A stretch of DNA of 64,000 bases, taken from assembly GCA_965213685.1 (NCBI GenBank), contig CBDBZY010000064.1:1152001-1216000 (forward strand), given 5' to 3'. The notes under the pieces were generated by a model. That model was not told the DNA's origin. It searched no databases and saw only the letters and a program-made list of their open reading frames with translations. Positions 50,341-63,794 of this stretch are shown here, in pieces. Source of the DNA: a bacterium. GTDB lineage: Bacteria > UBA8248. How positions within the stretch are numbered: the stretch's first letter is position 1; each line of letters starts with the position of its first letter. The translations under genes were made by a program, and so were the position numbers.

Positions 50341-51439
50341 CATGTGCATGTATATTTGTGTGTATTTTTCACTCCATGTGTCTGTCTGTCTGTTGGACAT
50401 GTTGAAACATATAGGGAGGTACATACAGTAACCAAGCCCTTTGGTACACTACAGTCTTCCTCGTTTGCTTTGTGTCATTTGTGTGTGGCTGACTGACAGT
50501 CTATCTCGAAGGTTCTAACTTGCCAGCTGACTAACTGTCTTTTACTTCCATGGCATATTGCTGATTTGCCTTATACCTGTGTATGTGAATGTAGCCAGAG
50601 CAGGCAGTTATACTGTCATACCTACGTACCTACGTACATATATGCACATGTATATAGCTATTCGTACTGAGAAAACTGGCTGTATTTCAAGCTAGCTGGC
50701 AGCAACAAGGCCTGGTGGTTGTACATAGACAGCTGATTATCCTTCAATCCCTAGATAGTGTAGTTTGCAAGCTCAATGGCTAAGCATAGATCATATATAG
50801 GTGCTAATGTTGGCAACATTAGGAGCATTTTGTATGAGGGTTTTAATACTATGATATGAGCTACGTGCATTGCAATGGGTGTGGCTTGTGAAACAGTATG
50901 CAGCTCTTGTCACTTCCTAACTGCAAGGAGCTCATGATACTGGACTATTGCTGTTGAGGCATGTGTGAAGAGTGTCCTAGAAGCCTATCCTGAAGAGAAT
51001 AAGAACAAGCTTGTCTCTCACTGTGCAGCTACGTATGTTGTAACACTTCTACATTGCAAAGCCCTCTATTAATCATAGTAGCCTACATATCTCAGCAGGA
51101 AAGAAACTCTGGGTTACGTTCTGTAAGTTGGGGATGGAGAAGTTGTCCACTTTGTGGAAAGCTTCAGGGATATTTGTTGCAGTAGTAGTGTTAAGGAGTG
51201 TTTGCTCATGGCATTGGCCAACAAGGAACAAGAGGACATTTAAAAGCAACTGTGTTCACTGGTTTTGTGTCTCACCTGTGCAGTGATTGTACGCATATCC
51301 TGCCTTGCCTGCATACTGCCATCACCTACGTATACTTCTACAATAGTACACTTAACAAGGATGTCATTGTTGCCAGCTTTCTTCAGACTCTTCACTGACC
51401 ACAGCCACGTTTGCTGTGTGTGTCAGGAATGGAGACTGC

Positions 51440-52250
51440 TTAACCGATTAATAGCGATAGACGCCGAACAGCGCTCCGCACGTTATGACGCTAAATGGCG
51501 ATAGACGCTGATCAGCGTCAATCTTACCCTGCGTCCGGAAGCGCCTTGAGCGCTGCAAGTATACACTCTAGCTCTGTCAAACTTCATTTGCTAACTCAGC
51601 ATGGGGAGGAGTAGTAGTTAAGTAACTAAGCAAATATGGATTACATAAGGCTAATAACTGTAAAACGCGGACGAAGTTCATGTACAGCTGCATAGTGCAG
51701 CTGTCTACAATCAAACAACCGCAGCGTGTGTACGAGGTAAGCAAAGGCTGTTCTAAGTGTAGAAGTCGTAGTAAACAATACAGTAAGCATTCTAACTGTG
51801 CATGGAGGTAGACAATGCATTAAAAATAATATACACAATGCAAGAAGCAACAATCAACACATCCTCAGTATCAATGGCATCAAGAGACAACTTTGATGGG
51901 ATGGAGAAGAGGCCGTGGCTTTCTGTGGATGACGTACTGGACGAGTTGGATGCAGATGATCTAGAACCAGTCATGCAAGGGAGCGATGATGAAGAGTTTG
52001 TGCTGGAGGGGGCCGAGGAGTTTGAGGAGTCTGATCCTGACTCGGACGTTGAAACACAGGACGTCCTTAGTGGAGAGGATCCAACACTGACGCCCAGAGA
52101 TCTACCCTCACCTCCTTCCCACACCAGTTCCACTACTACCCCTTCTCCTCCTCCTTCCGACACCAGTTCAACCCCTTCTCCACCACCTGAGTCACTCATA
52201 TGGACGACTGAATTAGAGCCAGTCGACATAGAGCCATTCACTGAGGCTGT
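51440..52250 (+). mobile_element. piggyBac-like 5' end with acidic transposase N-terminus (truncated)
   Basis: TTAA|CC start; ORF LSVDDVLDEL...EPVMQGSDDEEF...LIWTTELEPVDIEPFTEAV resembles PGBD4-type N-termini; no DDD core is seen. Confidence 0.55.
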
Positions 52251-53791
52251 GACCTTACTTGCCTACACACTGCCATTCCTACACTTAGTTTCTGTGGTTT
52301 TTGGCACTGCAATTCCTACATTCTTGTACATTCTTGGGAAACTTTTATTACTCATAATATTACATGCCTTTTTATGCTAGAATTAACTCTGGTCCGACCA
52401 TTTGCACTTTGGAGGAGCCAGACATGACAGGGGTGTCCCAGGCGGCTGCAAGCGGTGCACACATCACATGACATCATGTGACCACCAGCCTATGGCACTG
52501 CTGTCACGTGACCTTCGGTGCGCCCAACGTACACATGATCCCCACATGACCTGTCTCCCACGGCGGGTGGTGTCACGTGTTCCCACATCTCAGCATATCC
52601 AATCATGTGATCCCCACATGCCGGAGTGTCCGGTTACGTGATCCCCACACGCTGGCGTTTTCAGTCACGTGATGGGGCATGAGCCATCCCGTGCTGTCAC
52701 ATGACTCGAGTGCAGCTGAGCGACCTGGTGGGACACCCCATTTGCAGCACGTGTCTGAAGAACGCAGGAGTGACCCCCCCCCCACAAAGGAGGTAGCCAC
52801 AGGCTACCTTTCCCTCAGAGACTTATCAATTAGGTAGTGAAAAGACCTGTGATGCATTGTATAGCCTATTCAACTGCTTTCCCTTTGTTACTTATCTAGC
52901 CCCTGTCTGCAGCAACATCGGTACTAAACACTCAGCCTGCTCAGGTAAATTATATTATATCGTAACCACAATGATGATAACAATACACAGTACATGAATG
53001 AAAATGGAAGCACAGGTGATAGTAACACTACTCTTATTGTAACAGTACGGCTCTGTTGTGAGCGTGGTGAGGGTCCAGGATATTGTGGCAAACTTGTGCA
53101 CATTCACTATCCAGGTATGCTTGGACTACTGCAGGATGATCAAGGCGGAGGGCATATTTTGCGATGCCGAATAGTCATGTCCCAATGCAAACCGATGCAG
53201 AAACCCTCACTGATTCCAGCAAGGATGTACCTGGCATATGCTCTGTCCGGGTGAGCTTCGAGCGCTTTGACACACAGTGTGGGGCAATGGTGTGTGGCCA
53301 CCTTCAGGATGGCGGGGGAGGAGTACATAAGTGGCCAGCAATGGCCAATAGGTCGGCCGTGTACAGGTAGAAATCTGCCCATCCTGCAAGGGGGGAACAC
53401 CGCAAACCATTTGGATCAGTATTATAGTGCAATTACATGAGAGAAACCTGATAATAAGAGCATACAGGGGAACAATAAGGATACACAACAACACAACTAT
53501 CAGGTACATGGGTATATGGGATGAGAGTACAAGTAGCATAGATGACAATAGCATGAGTCTACGACATCTGTGGATGTGGCCCCCATCCAGTGTTAGCTGG
53601 GGCAAGCCTCCTTGCCGGGAGTGTAGAGTAAGGGGTGGTCCCCCATGGCTTTGATGCTAAGCATGGCTGAGTCAGGCCCTGGTTGGCAAGTGGGGCCAGT
53701 CGGCGCCGGCAGTTTTACGCCAGGTGAGGCCCTGCACAATTGGCACAGGAGTGGGTGTAATGACACTTCGCGAACCGGCATCAGCCAGCCA

Positions 53792-54624
53792 TAGCCTCAT
53801 ATCCAGGCCTCTCCCACAAAGCAAGGAGAGGGCCTGGTACACACTGTGTGCGCATGCGTGTAATATCTCCAGTTTTTGGGAGATTCGTAAATTATTAGTG
53901 GATATTTACCACAGATTAAGTATGTATACTAACTGTGTACATTCGTATCATGATGTTGATTGTCCGAGATAACGTTTTCTTCGAGTGATGCACATTTTGC
54001 CGCAGCTGTATGTACGTAGTCTCGCGCACCAGACCCTTGGAAAAACAAGGGTCTGGTCAAACTCGCATAGCGGTTTGGTTCCTACATGTCCAGGAATTTC
54101 TTGGACACATAATTGCCCGCAAAGTAGGTGTAATGTAAACAGTCCATAGGGTTCAGCTGGAGGCTCTAATCATATTCATAACAGACAGTTTACATTACCT
54201 AATCAACTGTTTATATTATCACTCACTGCTGACAGCGCGGAACCAACCCTCTAGCGAGTTTGACCAGACCCTTGTTTTTCGAAGGGTCTGCCATGCGAGA
54301 CTAGTATGTACGCTCTACAGAAGGTTGGGAAGGCGGGAATTGTGCTCAAGCCTAAGCAGCTACAAGCTGCACGCCAAGTGTACAAAGGGAGAGATGTCTT
54401 TCTGTGGCTACTGACTGGCTTTGTAAATCCATCAGCTATTAAGTTTAGCCTCGTACTCAGGCCCTCCCACAAAGCCACTATGTGCGAGGGGCCTGGGTAC
54501 ATCCCATGTGGGCAAGGTACATGTATGTTTTTATGGGGAGAAAAACAGTATACTCTGTGCATGCGCAAACAGTGTGTACCAGGCCCTCTCCCTGCTTTGT
54601 GGGAGGGGCCTGGGTATGAGGCTA
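53792..54624 (+). mobile_element. TAG..CTA TIR element carrying a RecQ helicase N-terminal fragment (AcademH-derived)
   Basis: TAGCCTCATATCCAGGCCTCTCCCACAAAGC ... GCTTTGTGGGAGGGGCCTGGGTATGAGGCTA; internal ALQKVGKAGIVLKPKQLQAARQVYKGRDVFLWLLTGF(fs)KS corresponds to RecQ motifs 0 and I. Confidence 0.75.
54017..54303. mobile_element. Nested TAG..CTA MITE with a perfect 9-bp TSD
   Basis: GTATGTACG|TAGTCTCGCGCACCAGACCCTT ... AAGGGTCTGCCATGCGAGACTA|GTATGTACG. Confidence 0.9.
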
Positions 54625-56130
54625 TGGCCGGCATGAAACTTCAACAAATTTTGGCCATCGGAGTTCATGGCAGTGCTGGGGAGGTAGTTGAGGCCAAACC
54701 CTTCTGCTGGCTTCTGATGGGGAATGGGGTGGGGGATTGAAACCATCCCACCAGGACTGGATTCGGGTGCTGGGGGCAACCCGTACTCCCATGGTCCTCC
54801 GAGAGGCAGTGCTGGCACCGAGGCATTATTCGAGCCCAGCCCGTGAAAGCCTCATTGTAGAGGCGAGAGTTTGGCACTGACCAGTTGAGGGCCTTGCATG
54901 CCAACATTTCTCTACGATACATCCGGTCGTAGGCCACCCAGGTGGATCCTTCGAGCTGTGGGCAGCATTCAGAATTGTGGACTGGTATACCCACAACTCC
55001 GGACCCTTCTCTGGGAAACAAGGTACCAGCACTGCAGCTGTGCGAGCGTAGCACTCAAGCCATGTCTTGATCACTGGGGGCTGGGCTGTGCAATGGGGTG
55101 GAATAGTGGTGTCCAACAGAACAGGGTACTCAGGCCAGACATCAGCCCTGAGCTCCAACATCTCCACAAACTCTAAGGCCAGTATCTTTTTTACCACCGT
55201 GGGTGAGAGAACAGCTACCGGGTTGTATGGCCCAGGGATATTCAGGTAAGCAGCGCCAGCTCCAGCGGGTGATGAGTCAGAGATTTGTACCCCTTGAGGC
55301 ATGGTTTGCAAGAGGGCTGCAGTAGCCAGCACATCGAGGCCAGAGGATGACCCCCCGGTGGGGGTTGGTAGGGGTGCAAGCTCTGACAAGGCTGGGGCTA
55401 CACTCGGCCCTGTGGTGACAGCTGCCCATGCTCTCCCAAGTGGGGGCGGCCCCTTTCATGGCCAGCAGCACGCACGGCATGCCCTGTATTTTGCACATAC
55501 GTACGTATGTATATGAATATTGAATACGCATGCCACTGCACTCAAATCGATAGTGGGGGTGGGCGCCGAATCGCCGCCCCTGCACCCAGTTGGTCACGGA
55601 CGGAGGACAATTATGACCGCAACAAGGTGTGCGTGCCGTTTTGTCTCCCAACTTGCACCTACGCCCAGCTATCTTCCCTTGAAATTACCAACATGAACTC
55701 ACCGGCTACGGCTGTGTCGGCAGCTGAAGTCAATGGTTGATCGCCTCCAGTAGTGCTGGTGCTGCCTGCAATCATGGTGGGAGGCGTCATCGTGTCAGTG
55801 GTGGTGGTGAGAGAGGAAGAGGGGGGTTGAAGCCTAGGCAGAAGCCATGCATCTGTTCTGGAGTGAACAGCATTGTCTCGTCTGACAGTCGTGGAGAGAG
55901 ACGGGGACAGAAGAGGGGGGGGGAGTGCGGCTCAAGAGCACAGCGAGACTGGGAAAGACCACTGAACACCAGACCACGGCTTGCTCCAACACTCACGGGA
56001 TAACTGACACCTGGCCACATGGCCTATCGTTGCGCATGCTCACTGTAATTCGATACTGCTACCCCAGCTCCAGGTATAGCTATCACGCATGCTGGTAGCT
56101 GAATGCCTTGTTTCCAGCCCCTCCATTAAA

Positions 56131-56489
56131 TACGATGTGCGTTGCTAAGCCAGAGAACACGATCTACAAGCTACGCTAACGACTTGTAGCTTGGCTAATG
56201 GCAGTATCATATGAAGAATCAGCCGATTACAAGTAAACATGAGTACTTGTGTTAAAACAGTATACGGACTATGCAAACACGCCTTAGCAACTGCAATAAA
56301 CGCCCGTTTTCCGGAGAACACGTGCATCTAAATTAGCCGACTCTCTGTGCTTCTAAGGACTGTATCTCCAAAACTATACAGGTGATCATTTTCACCAGAC
56401 CTAGACCACACCTCAATGACATCATTCATTGCGCTATCTCTATTTCGGTAGCAGGTACAATGTGCTCGGGTTTTCGCAGATTCGGTCAC
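56131..56489 (+). mobile_element. Right half of the Sola1-like MITE seen at 22050-22606
   Basis: High similarity to ~22280-22606; ends TTCGGTCAC|atat. Confidence 0.8.
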
Positions 56490-57189
56490 ATATGTATGCA
56501 AGGATCATACATTTCTAATTTTGAACATAATAGTAATGTTGCATGTACATTAACAGGGAAGAATTTTGATGTCCAGGGAGGAATTTGATATACATACATA
56601 CGTACATGTAGGTGGTGAGACTTACATAGAACCTGTTTGTGGTTCATCTTCATCTCAGGTTCTCCTTCACTGAACCTGATTGACAGTACAGAAAGAAGGC
56701 AATTATTGATCATGTCTTACAAAGGCAATTGTAATGTTCAGTATCACTGGTGCATGCTTTCAGTAAACATCCCTAATGATAGATGATGAACTACTGAGAT
56801 GTGTTGTTGACAAATGGTTGACTACTGGACGGATTGGTTTCCTATAGCATAGAATATACATACCATGACCAAGGGGAACAAGAGTCTCACAAAAGAAAAG
56901 CAGCAGAACTTCCACCTCAATCTGAGTAGTGTGGTATGTACAGCGCAATATTAGCAAGTAGAATATCAGTCAATGTTGTCTCTTTCTTGATCTTTTGCGA
57001 CAGTTACCTTGTAATCAATATAGAGGAACTGATTCTTGGACTCTCAGGAACACTCTGGTCACAAGAATGTTGAAAAGTGGCATTATCATTGCATCTTCTG
57101 TTGGTTCACTGATGACCAAAGAATGCTTAGAGAGGATTCTGGCGAAATCACATGACTTTACAGTTGGTTGCTAAAATTGAACATAAAGG

Positions 57190-57570
57190 AAGTGTGAGAA
57201 ACATTTTCCAAAAGTGTGGAGGGATGTGAGGTTGGCAGTGCCAAAAATCCACACAAACTAGATATACGTACATGTATGGATGGCAGTGTTCAGGCAACAC
57301 AGGGGAGGACTACACATGTAGCCCCATCCCTACATCATTTTTTTTCGTTTTTTGGTATCTGCCCAAAGCTGTTTCCAGTAATCTGACAGCAAAGCTTAGG
57401 TACATGTTCCATTCCAAAAAAGATGTACAGATAGGATTACTTGTGTAGTCCTCCCACTGACATATGTCATGTGTTGCGTGCACATTGCCATCCATATATA
57501 TATCTAGTTTTGTGGTTTTTGGCACTGCCATCTCTACATCCCTCTACATTTTGGGATAATGTTTTTCATA
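57190..57570. repeat. Centre of the large palindromic repeat family (inverted repeat)
   Basis: AAACATTTTCCAAAAGTGTGGAGGGATG...GGCAGTGCCAAAAATCCAC is mirrored by GTGGTTTTTGGCACTGCC...CATCCCTCTACATTTTGGGATAATGTTT. Confidence 0.6.
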
Positions 57571-57949
57571 CTTGGTTTGTGTGCTGAACCACAGTACCCT
57601 ACAGGAGAATGTCATTCTCTAAGTTAAGCACCAACACCTATAGTGTGCATGTACGTATGATAGTGTATATACAGCAGTTCAGACAGACCATAACGCAATG
57701 CAATGGAACTATATACCTGAAAGATCTTGGCCACAGTTGGCGACCGGACAGCACTTCTTCTTTCTGTACTTGACCTTGGAAACTACATTACTCCTGTGGC
57801 ATTTTGCATCCCCTGTTCAAGGACCATCTCACTAAGAAAAGTCCACTGTTGGTAGGCCCTATGTTGATTCACAAACAAATCACCTTTTCCACTTTCCACT
57901 ACTTCACATCGCAGCTGTTCCCTGATATCAAAGCATTTGAAAAAGAACA

Positions 57950-59200
57950 TTTTTTTCAGCTGTTTTTCCTGAAGCAACACACCCTCAATTTTTCAAGCAT
58001 TCAATGTTAAAGCCATGAATTTGTAAGGTAAATCTAGACGTAAGATATCTGCTGACACCATGGGCATCACTTCCAATGGAATTGAGGACCTTGGCTTAGT
58101 TGATGTTGCAGATGTTGATGATTTCACAGCCATCCCTTGAGGACCTATGGAATGCGTTAGAGTGGTTTTCCAGGTCAAGTGCATCAGCAGATCCCCACAG
58201 GCCGAGTTCCATCATTGGTTCAAAACAAACAAGCCTAAAGAAATGAGGGAGAGCATGATCAAGTCTGTGTGGCAAAAAGCAGGACTTGGTGAATCCCCAC
58301 CCCCATTTTGCAAATATCTTAGTGAGTCTCTAAATCGCCAGCTTAAGTGGCAGGTTGAATCTGTTCTAATTGAACGCATGCGTGATCTTGCTCATCTACA
58401 GGATTCACAATTGTACAAGGCAATAATTAGGAAAAGAAGCTGGTGCTTGGATGAGCAGTTTGCTGATTTAGAGATTCCATGTTATATCTGGTTCACTGCC
58501 TATACCAAGACTGACAGAGAGAGACGTTTGTCAACTGACTTCAGCAAGGTCACACTTGCCACTGGTCCACTACTGCCACTACTGAACCTACCTTGTCTGA
58601 ACCACATGATGACAGACACCTACAACGCAGCGCTGATCTTCATCACAGCCAAGAGGTGACATTTCACTGTCCATTCCATATTCTATGCTTAATACTTATG
58701 GGAGAACGTATTCATATTTATGAGCAGACATGGGAGGAAGTATTCATATTCATGAGCAGAGTTCCATGTGGGACAAAGCCACTAGCTGGTGCATGATCCT
58801 TCCATGGTTATACCAAGCACCTGGACACAGTTCCCCCTTCTCCTGCATGGTTGCATCTGCTCAGAGTGAAGCACCACACTTCATGTCAGTTCCCAAGCAA
58901 TTCACTGGACAATTCCTCTGTGATTCCCGGTGTCCGATGTTTGGGGCTTACAAGATATGCTCACACACGTTGAATTCTGTGGAAAGCTTTCTCATTTCTT
59001 GCAGTGGTTTAACAAGACCATACAGAAAGGCAAATTTGACCAAGCTTTCGAATACAGGAATGCCTGCACAGGCAGGGAAGGAGAGGGGTGCAAAGGGATC
59101 AAGGAGATGCAAAATGACACAGAGTGCACCACCTGCAACAACCCAGCGTATTCAACTTTCCAAATCAACTTCTGCTCCAATCTAGTTTAATCATACCAAG
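57950..59200 (+). mobile_element. Decayed MULE-like transposase with a SWIM-type finger
   Basis: SESLNRQLK; FLCDSRCPMFGAYKICSHTL (C-x3-C-x8-C-x-H); frameshifts. Confidence 0.5.
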
Positions 59201-60256
59201 CCAGTGAACACTGTACTCTCTGCCTAGCTCCAGTCACGTATGTACTTCTACAGTGACCACTTATGTATGTTCACCATCATATCCAGTGGATGTGTCATAT
59301 TCCCCCACTGTCAATATTTCTCACAGCAGTGTTGGTGGAGTGAGTATGCCACTTCTATTTTCAGTCTCGAAGCACATCAACACCCAGCACTGTTGAACAT
59401 TGCTTATCATTCCCTTCTACCCTCAAGTTCCCTTACAATGTAAGCTACCTTTCTGCCAGCCAGGTGTGACAGTGCAAGCCCCTAATGATTTGATCGTTTC
59501 TTGTCTTGAATGAAGACCATACAGGAATGCATCAGGAGAACCATTCACCCTAAGTAATGCTCATTATTGCGCCTAGAATTGGGATGCATTTGAGCAGTAG
59601 ACAGCACATTTGTTCCTTCATCTTTGGTTATGTCAGGGTTCTGTGATGTGCTAGATAACTGGAGCACACACACAAGCTCATGGCAAAGCTACATGTAGGT
59701 CTTGATATCATGATGTGCTGTTTACCTGTCATATTAATAACATGATGTGGTGTTTACTTGTCATATTTTTGCTAATGTTACTTACCTGTCCTATTACATA
59801 ATAACATGTGCAAATATGCTGTCGATGTCCATCATACACTCAGTCCTAGAGACAAGGCAAAGTAAGGTAACTACACCTGAAGACTGGCACACGGAAAAAA
59901 TGAGCTGTTTCAGGTAGGACTCGACTCATCACATACACTTTACCAGCCAAGTACTTAAACGTATTGAAGGCTCCCCTGTTACAAATGTTGACTTCTAAGT
60001 CACTACCAAAGACGTCCGATGTTAGTCGTACCAGTGCGCTTGGCAACACATGCAGGCGTGTGCATGCAGCACGTGCTGAGTTGCATCATGTGAGTTGCAT
60101 ACGTACATATATTTTATGTAATATCTTTTACCCTCATTTTCCAGAGTCTGTCAGTCTGTTTTCCACTCAGTAACTCACTAGGTGTGGGTAGAATATGCTC
60201 CAGAAGTTACCTATTCCACTTTATGAACATTGTTAATACTCCAATTTTTCAGACAT

Positions 60257-61780
60257 TCATAAAAACATAATACAGTACTTCTTATGTAAGCAATGTTGAT
60301 TTAATGTACGTATATTGTAATGAAATGTAAGTGATGTTTTAACATACTCTTCCTGTGATGCAAGTTGCTCATCACCAAATGAGTTCTTCGGAAGGGAAAA
60401 TACCCTTTCTGACACAGCTGATGAAGGTTGGATGAGAAGTACTTGCTGAGTTGCAGCAGACCAGGTAGGTAGACTTGTCAAGTTCACTTTCCACCACATT
60501 AATGGAGACAATTCTGGTGAAATATCTACTGCCTTTGCTAGGTAGTTTGGAAGCTCTTCCTTTAGCATTGCAATAGTGATAGCATTCAAAAATGGTAGAA
60601 TATCTGGGCTATTCAAAGCATCAGTATCTGGCTGCACCAGTACCACCTTGTGTGGGTTGAAGAACCTTGCAACTTTGAAAATGTCCATAACGGGTTTCAA
60701 TGTGTCACTAAATGCATGATGTAGGTATTCATGTCCAGGTCTCGCAGCACCATGCGTGTAAGTAGTGAGTTGCTTTTGCAGTTGTTGGTTCCCAGTACTA
60801 AGTTACCTCACAATAGCTTCCAGATTAGGATAATTGGCAACCCATTCACCTTCAATGGCACTGGAGATGATCTCATACTTGATAGCTAAAGGGCCGGCCG
60901 TCTTCAGTCCATAAGTTGCCTTCTCCAGTGGTTCCCCTGCATCAACAACTACAGCCATCTCAACCTGCTTTCCTTGTAACATCATTCAGTATGGCAAGGA
61001 GCTTGTTCTGGTGGCACTTGAGGAGAAGTATTCAGTAGATGTGAGGCAGGGCACAACGTCCCCAAACAACTCCATTGCTTGCTTACTAACTTCAAACTGA
61101 CTCCACCATCTGGTGGGAGAGTAGAAAGTCTTGTGTGTTTAATCCAGCAAAACCTAGATTTGGGGCAGCAAGCAAAGAGTGTGGTCCAAGAATGAATGAA
61201 TTGTGACAGAAATGGCACATTCAATCATTCTCCCACAAAGTTCAGTGTATGCGTTGTACGTACCATCAAAGATGACAGATTCTTGCTTGTCCCTTATCTC
61301 CTCCTTTAAGTGGGAATCTTCTTGATGGAGAAAGGGTAACAGATTGGCTGCAGTGCTCCACCTCTTTTGCTAAAAGCTGCTGTACTGCGTGAATGTTTCT
61401 CTGGTTGTAAGTGACCTTTCAGTATACTCTCACAATGAGCGCCTCTTGACAGGCATTGCAAATAAGTTTGCCACTTGAAACTGTCAACTCTTTGTCAGGG
61501 AGCTCTTTTACGTATGCACTGTACAGGTGTCATGAACTTTGGATCACTATTGCCTTGTGCAGAACTACATCACTCACCTGTGGGAGAAGGGTTGCTGTGG
61601 ACCTTGCGCGTTCTAGGCAGCTGACTGAATGTGGGGGCTTTCAGCTTGTCCAGTGGTGAGACTGACCCCAATGACATAGATGCTGTATTGTCACCATCCT
61701 CCACTGTAATGCTTCTGTCTTCAAGTTCTTCCGGCTCCATCATGTGTACACAGTGACGCAACAACTGAACGAACATGTGG
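60257..61780 (-). mobile_element. Decayed hAT transposase with a CGGBP1-like N-terminal zinc finger and C-terminal dimerization domain
   Basis: ...ELTVSSGKLICNACQE (N-terminal finger); TRWWS; VVDAGEPLEKATY; SPLMWWK...LPTWSAATQQVLLIQPSSAVSERVFS. Confidence 0.8.
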
Positions 61781-62429
61781 TTGCACTAGTCTCATGCCCA
61801 TACCACCCCTGGCATGCTGGCATCCCAGAACAACTGACTGGCAGGCCGGAGCCTAGTGGTACCGCAGGACCTGTGTGCATGTGCCCAAATGTCTGGATCT
61901 TTACCTAGTGTGCTTGTATTATGCTCATGGCCAAAGTGGACCTATTCCTCCCAAAATTATGTCTTTTCAGGCCTATCACTCACCCGGTAGAAAGACTTGA
62001 AATGAACGTGGCATGTGGGGAGACACAGCTATACTGCCGACGCAAACGGTACAAGCTAGCCGACATGGGATATCCAGCCACTACTAACAGTAGAATGCAG
62101 CTGCTGGAGGAGTAGCACACTTACTCATGAAAACACAAATACGTACATAGGTTTCAACTCCAGATCGGCAGGATCAACTAGAAAGAACAGCAAGGGATTC
62201 CGTGAGCTATGATCCCTCTTCACACATACACAACCATAGAAGGTCTATTCCTGGCAAACTCAAGGCCCTAGGAGTGCACGTACGTACACGTCATATGCCA
62301 GCATAAGCACTGTGCATGTGGGCCATACCATCAGTGCACGCTCTGGATATGTTTGCCATGCCTGCATATACAGGCTTCACATGACTTTGCTTAACTTCAC
62401 TCTAGGGATACAGCTTGGGATGAGGCTCC

Positions 62430-62967
62430 ATTTTCCCATCACTAGTTAAAATGCTTAAGGCAAGCAACATGACCATCGCAAGGAAAAGCACTAAAGTGCA
62501 AAGCCTCGGCGCAGTTGCATTGCATACTTCAACAGCCTGCACAGAGGTCCACTCATTGGGCTGTAATCTAGTGTCCTGCCTTGTCTGGCATGTTGTAGGA
62601 TCTGTGCACATACGTGTGTGCATATACTATGGCCTCATACATGCATGCGTTATGCGGGACATTATCGCACTAGCTTTACAGACATGAAACAGGTAGGTAT
62701 ACGAAACATCGCAACGTGAACAAAATGGCAGACTCGAGCTAGCTTTGTCCCAGTAAGTTAATAATGCTCTTCTAACTTTGTAAGGAAGCAAAGAAAACGC
62801 CTTTTTGTTTTTGTGAAAAATGTGCTGCTCAAGCCACAAGTGCCTTCATTTAGACATGTACTGGCACCAATATGCAGATTAGCTTCGGCGGACAGACACA
62901 CACACACACACACGGACACATAGGACAAGTACTGTAACCCTCGCTGTGCATGTTCACTGAGGGTTAA
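62430..62967 (-). mobile_element. Helentron/DINE-like element, second long copy
   Basis: Colinear with ~40990-41524 (AAAGCACTAAAGTGCAAA...; TAACCCTCGCTGTGCATGTTCACTGAGGGTTAA head). Confidence 0.65.
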
Positions 62968-63794
62968 TGACTGTGAAAGTGAAAAAGGTGGAATACTCAG
63001 TATGTACTAGCAGTTACTACGTAGTTACTACTACCAGATGTCTTCTACAGCATGCCCTCACAAATGTACCACCACAAAATGATTACTATTAAAAAATGGA
63101 TTTATATGTCTATTTGTGGCACTCCTTTTCCCCCAATAATTATAATGAGTAATTGGTTACATATGAGTTGCAACAGTCCCAAGTTTGACAACTATTAATA
63201 AAAATAATAAATTGTCCTACATACACAATAGTTTGACATTCTACCATGATATGTAAGCACATAATTATGTGCCAAGCTAGAATAGTATGGCAATTTTGTG
63301 TGATACAATCCTCAAGTAGTAGAGAGAACAGATAATTCAGCAAATAATGACAAAATTAAATTAATGTACCATTCCCTCTGGATTTGGTCACTTTTTACTA
63401 TGGACCTGCAATATAAGTGCATATATGATTTTGTGTTCCAAGTTTTGTGGTACATGATACAGCGAAACCTGTTTTTATAATCTGGCCGATCCGTCCCTGG
63501 AAAGCAAAAGTTCATGAGAGCTGTAGTTCTAAATTACAGTTTTGAAATTGCTGACTCAGAAATATCAAATTGCTTGAACTTTGAATTTGCAAGTCAACAA
63601 ATTGTGTCATCTTTCTTCACTGAAGTTGTATGTGAGATATGTGATGCTTTATGGGTGAATTTAGTAACAGATGCTGAAAAGAAGAAATTCTGCTTGAACT
63701 TTTGAAATTATGAAAGTGATATATGATTGGCCACAATACTTACTGTCTATGGTGCTGCATTGCAATCTCTAACGTACAGCATTTTGATTACAAT

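Larger units (their letters stand above)
52960..56030 (-). mobile_element. DIRS/Ngaro-type copy 4 (gag-like ORF and start of RT)
   Basis: VVKKILALEFVEMLEL; PELWVYQSTI; WVAYDRMYRRE...LYNEAFTG...CQHCLSEDHGSTGC; ALEAHPDRAYARYILAGISEGF. Confidence 0.8.

Noticed and set aside
51802-52250. Acidic/proline-rich ORF as a further host exon
   Set aside because: It follows a TTAA-CC end, resembles piggyBac transposase N-termini and runs directly into a repeat without a convincing exon structure.
53783-54633. 9-bp TSD for the outer RecQ-carrying element
   Set aside because: Flanks AGCCAGCCA and TGGCCGGCA match at only about 5 of 9 positions; not claimed.
63312-63705. Short ORFs near the window end as further exons
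   Set aside because: No recognisable motif or convincing phase-1 acceptor linking them to exon G.
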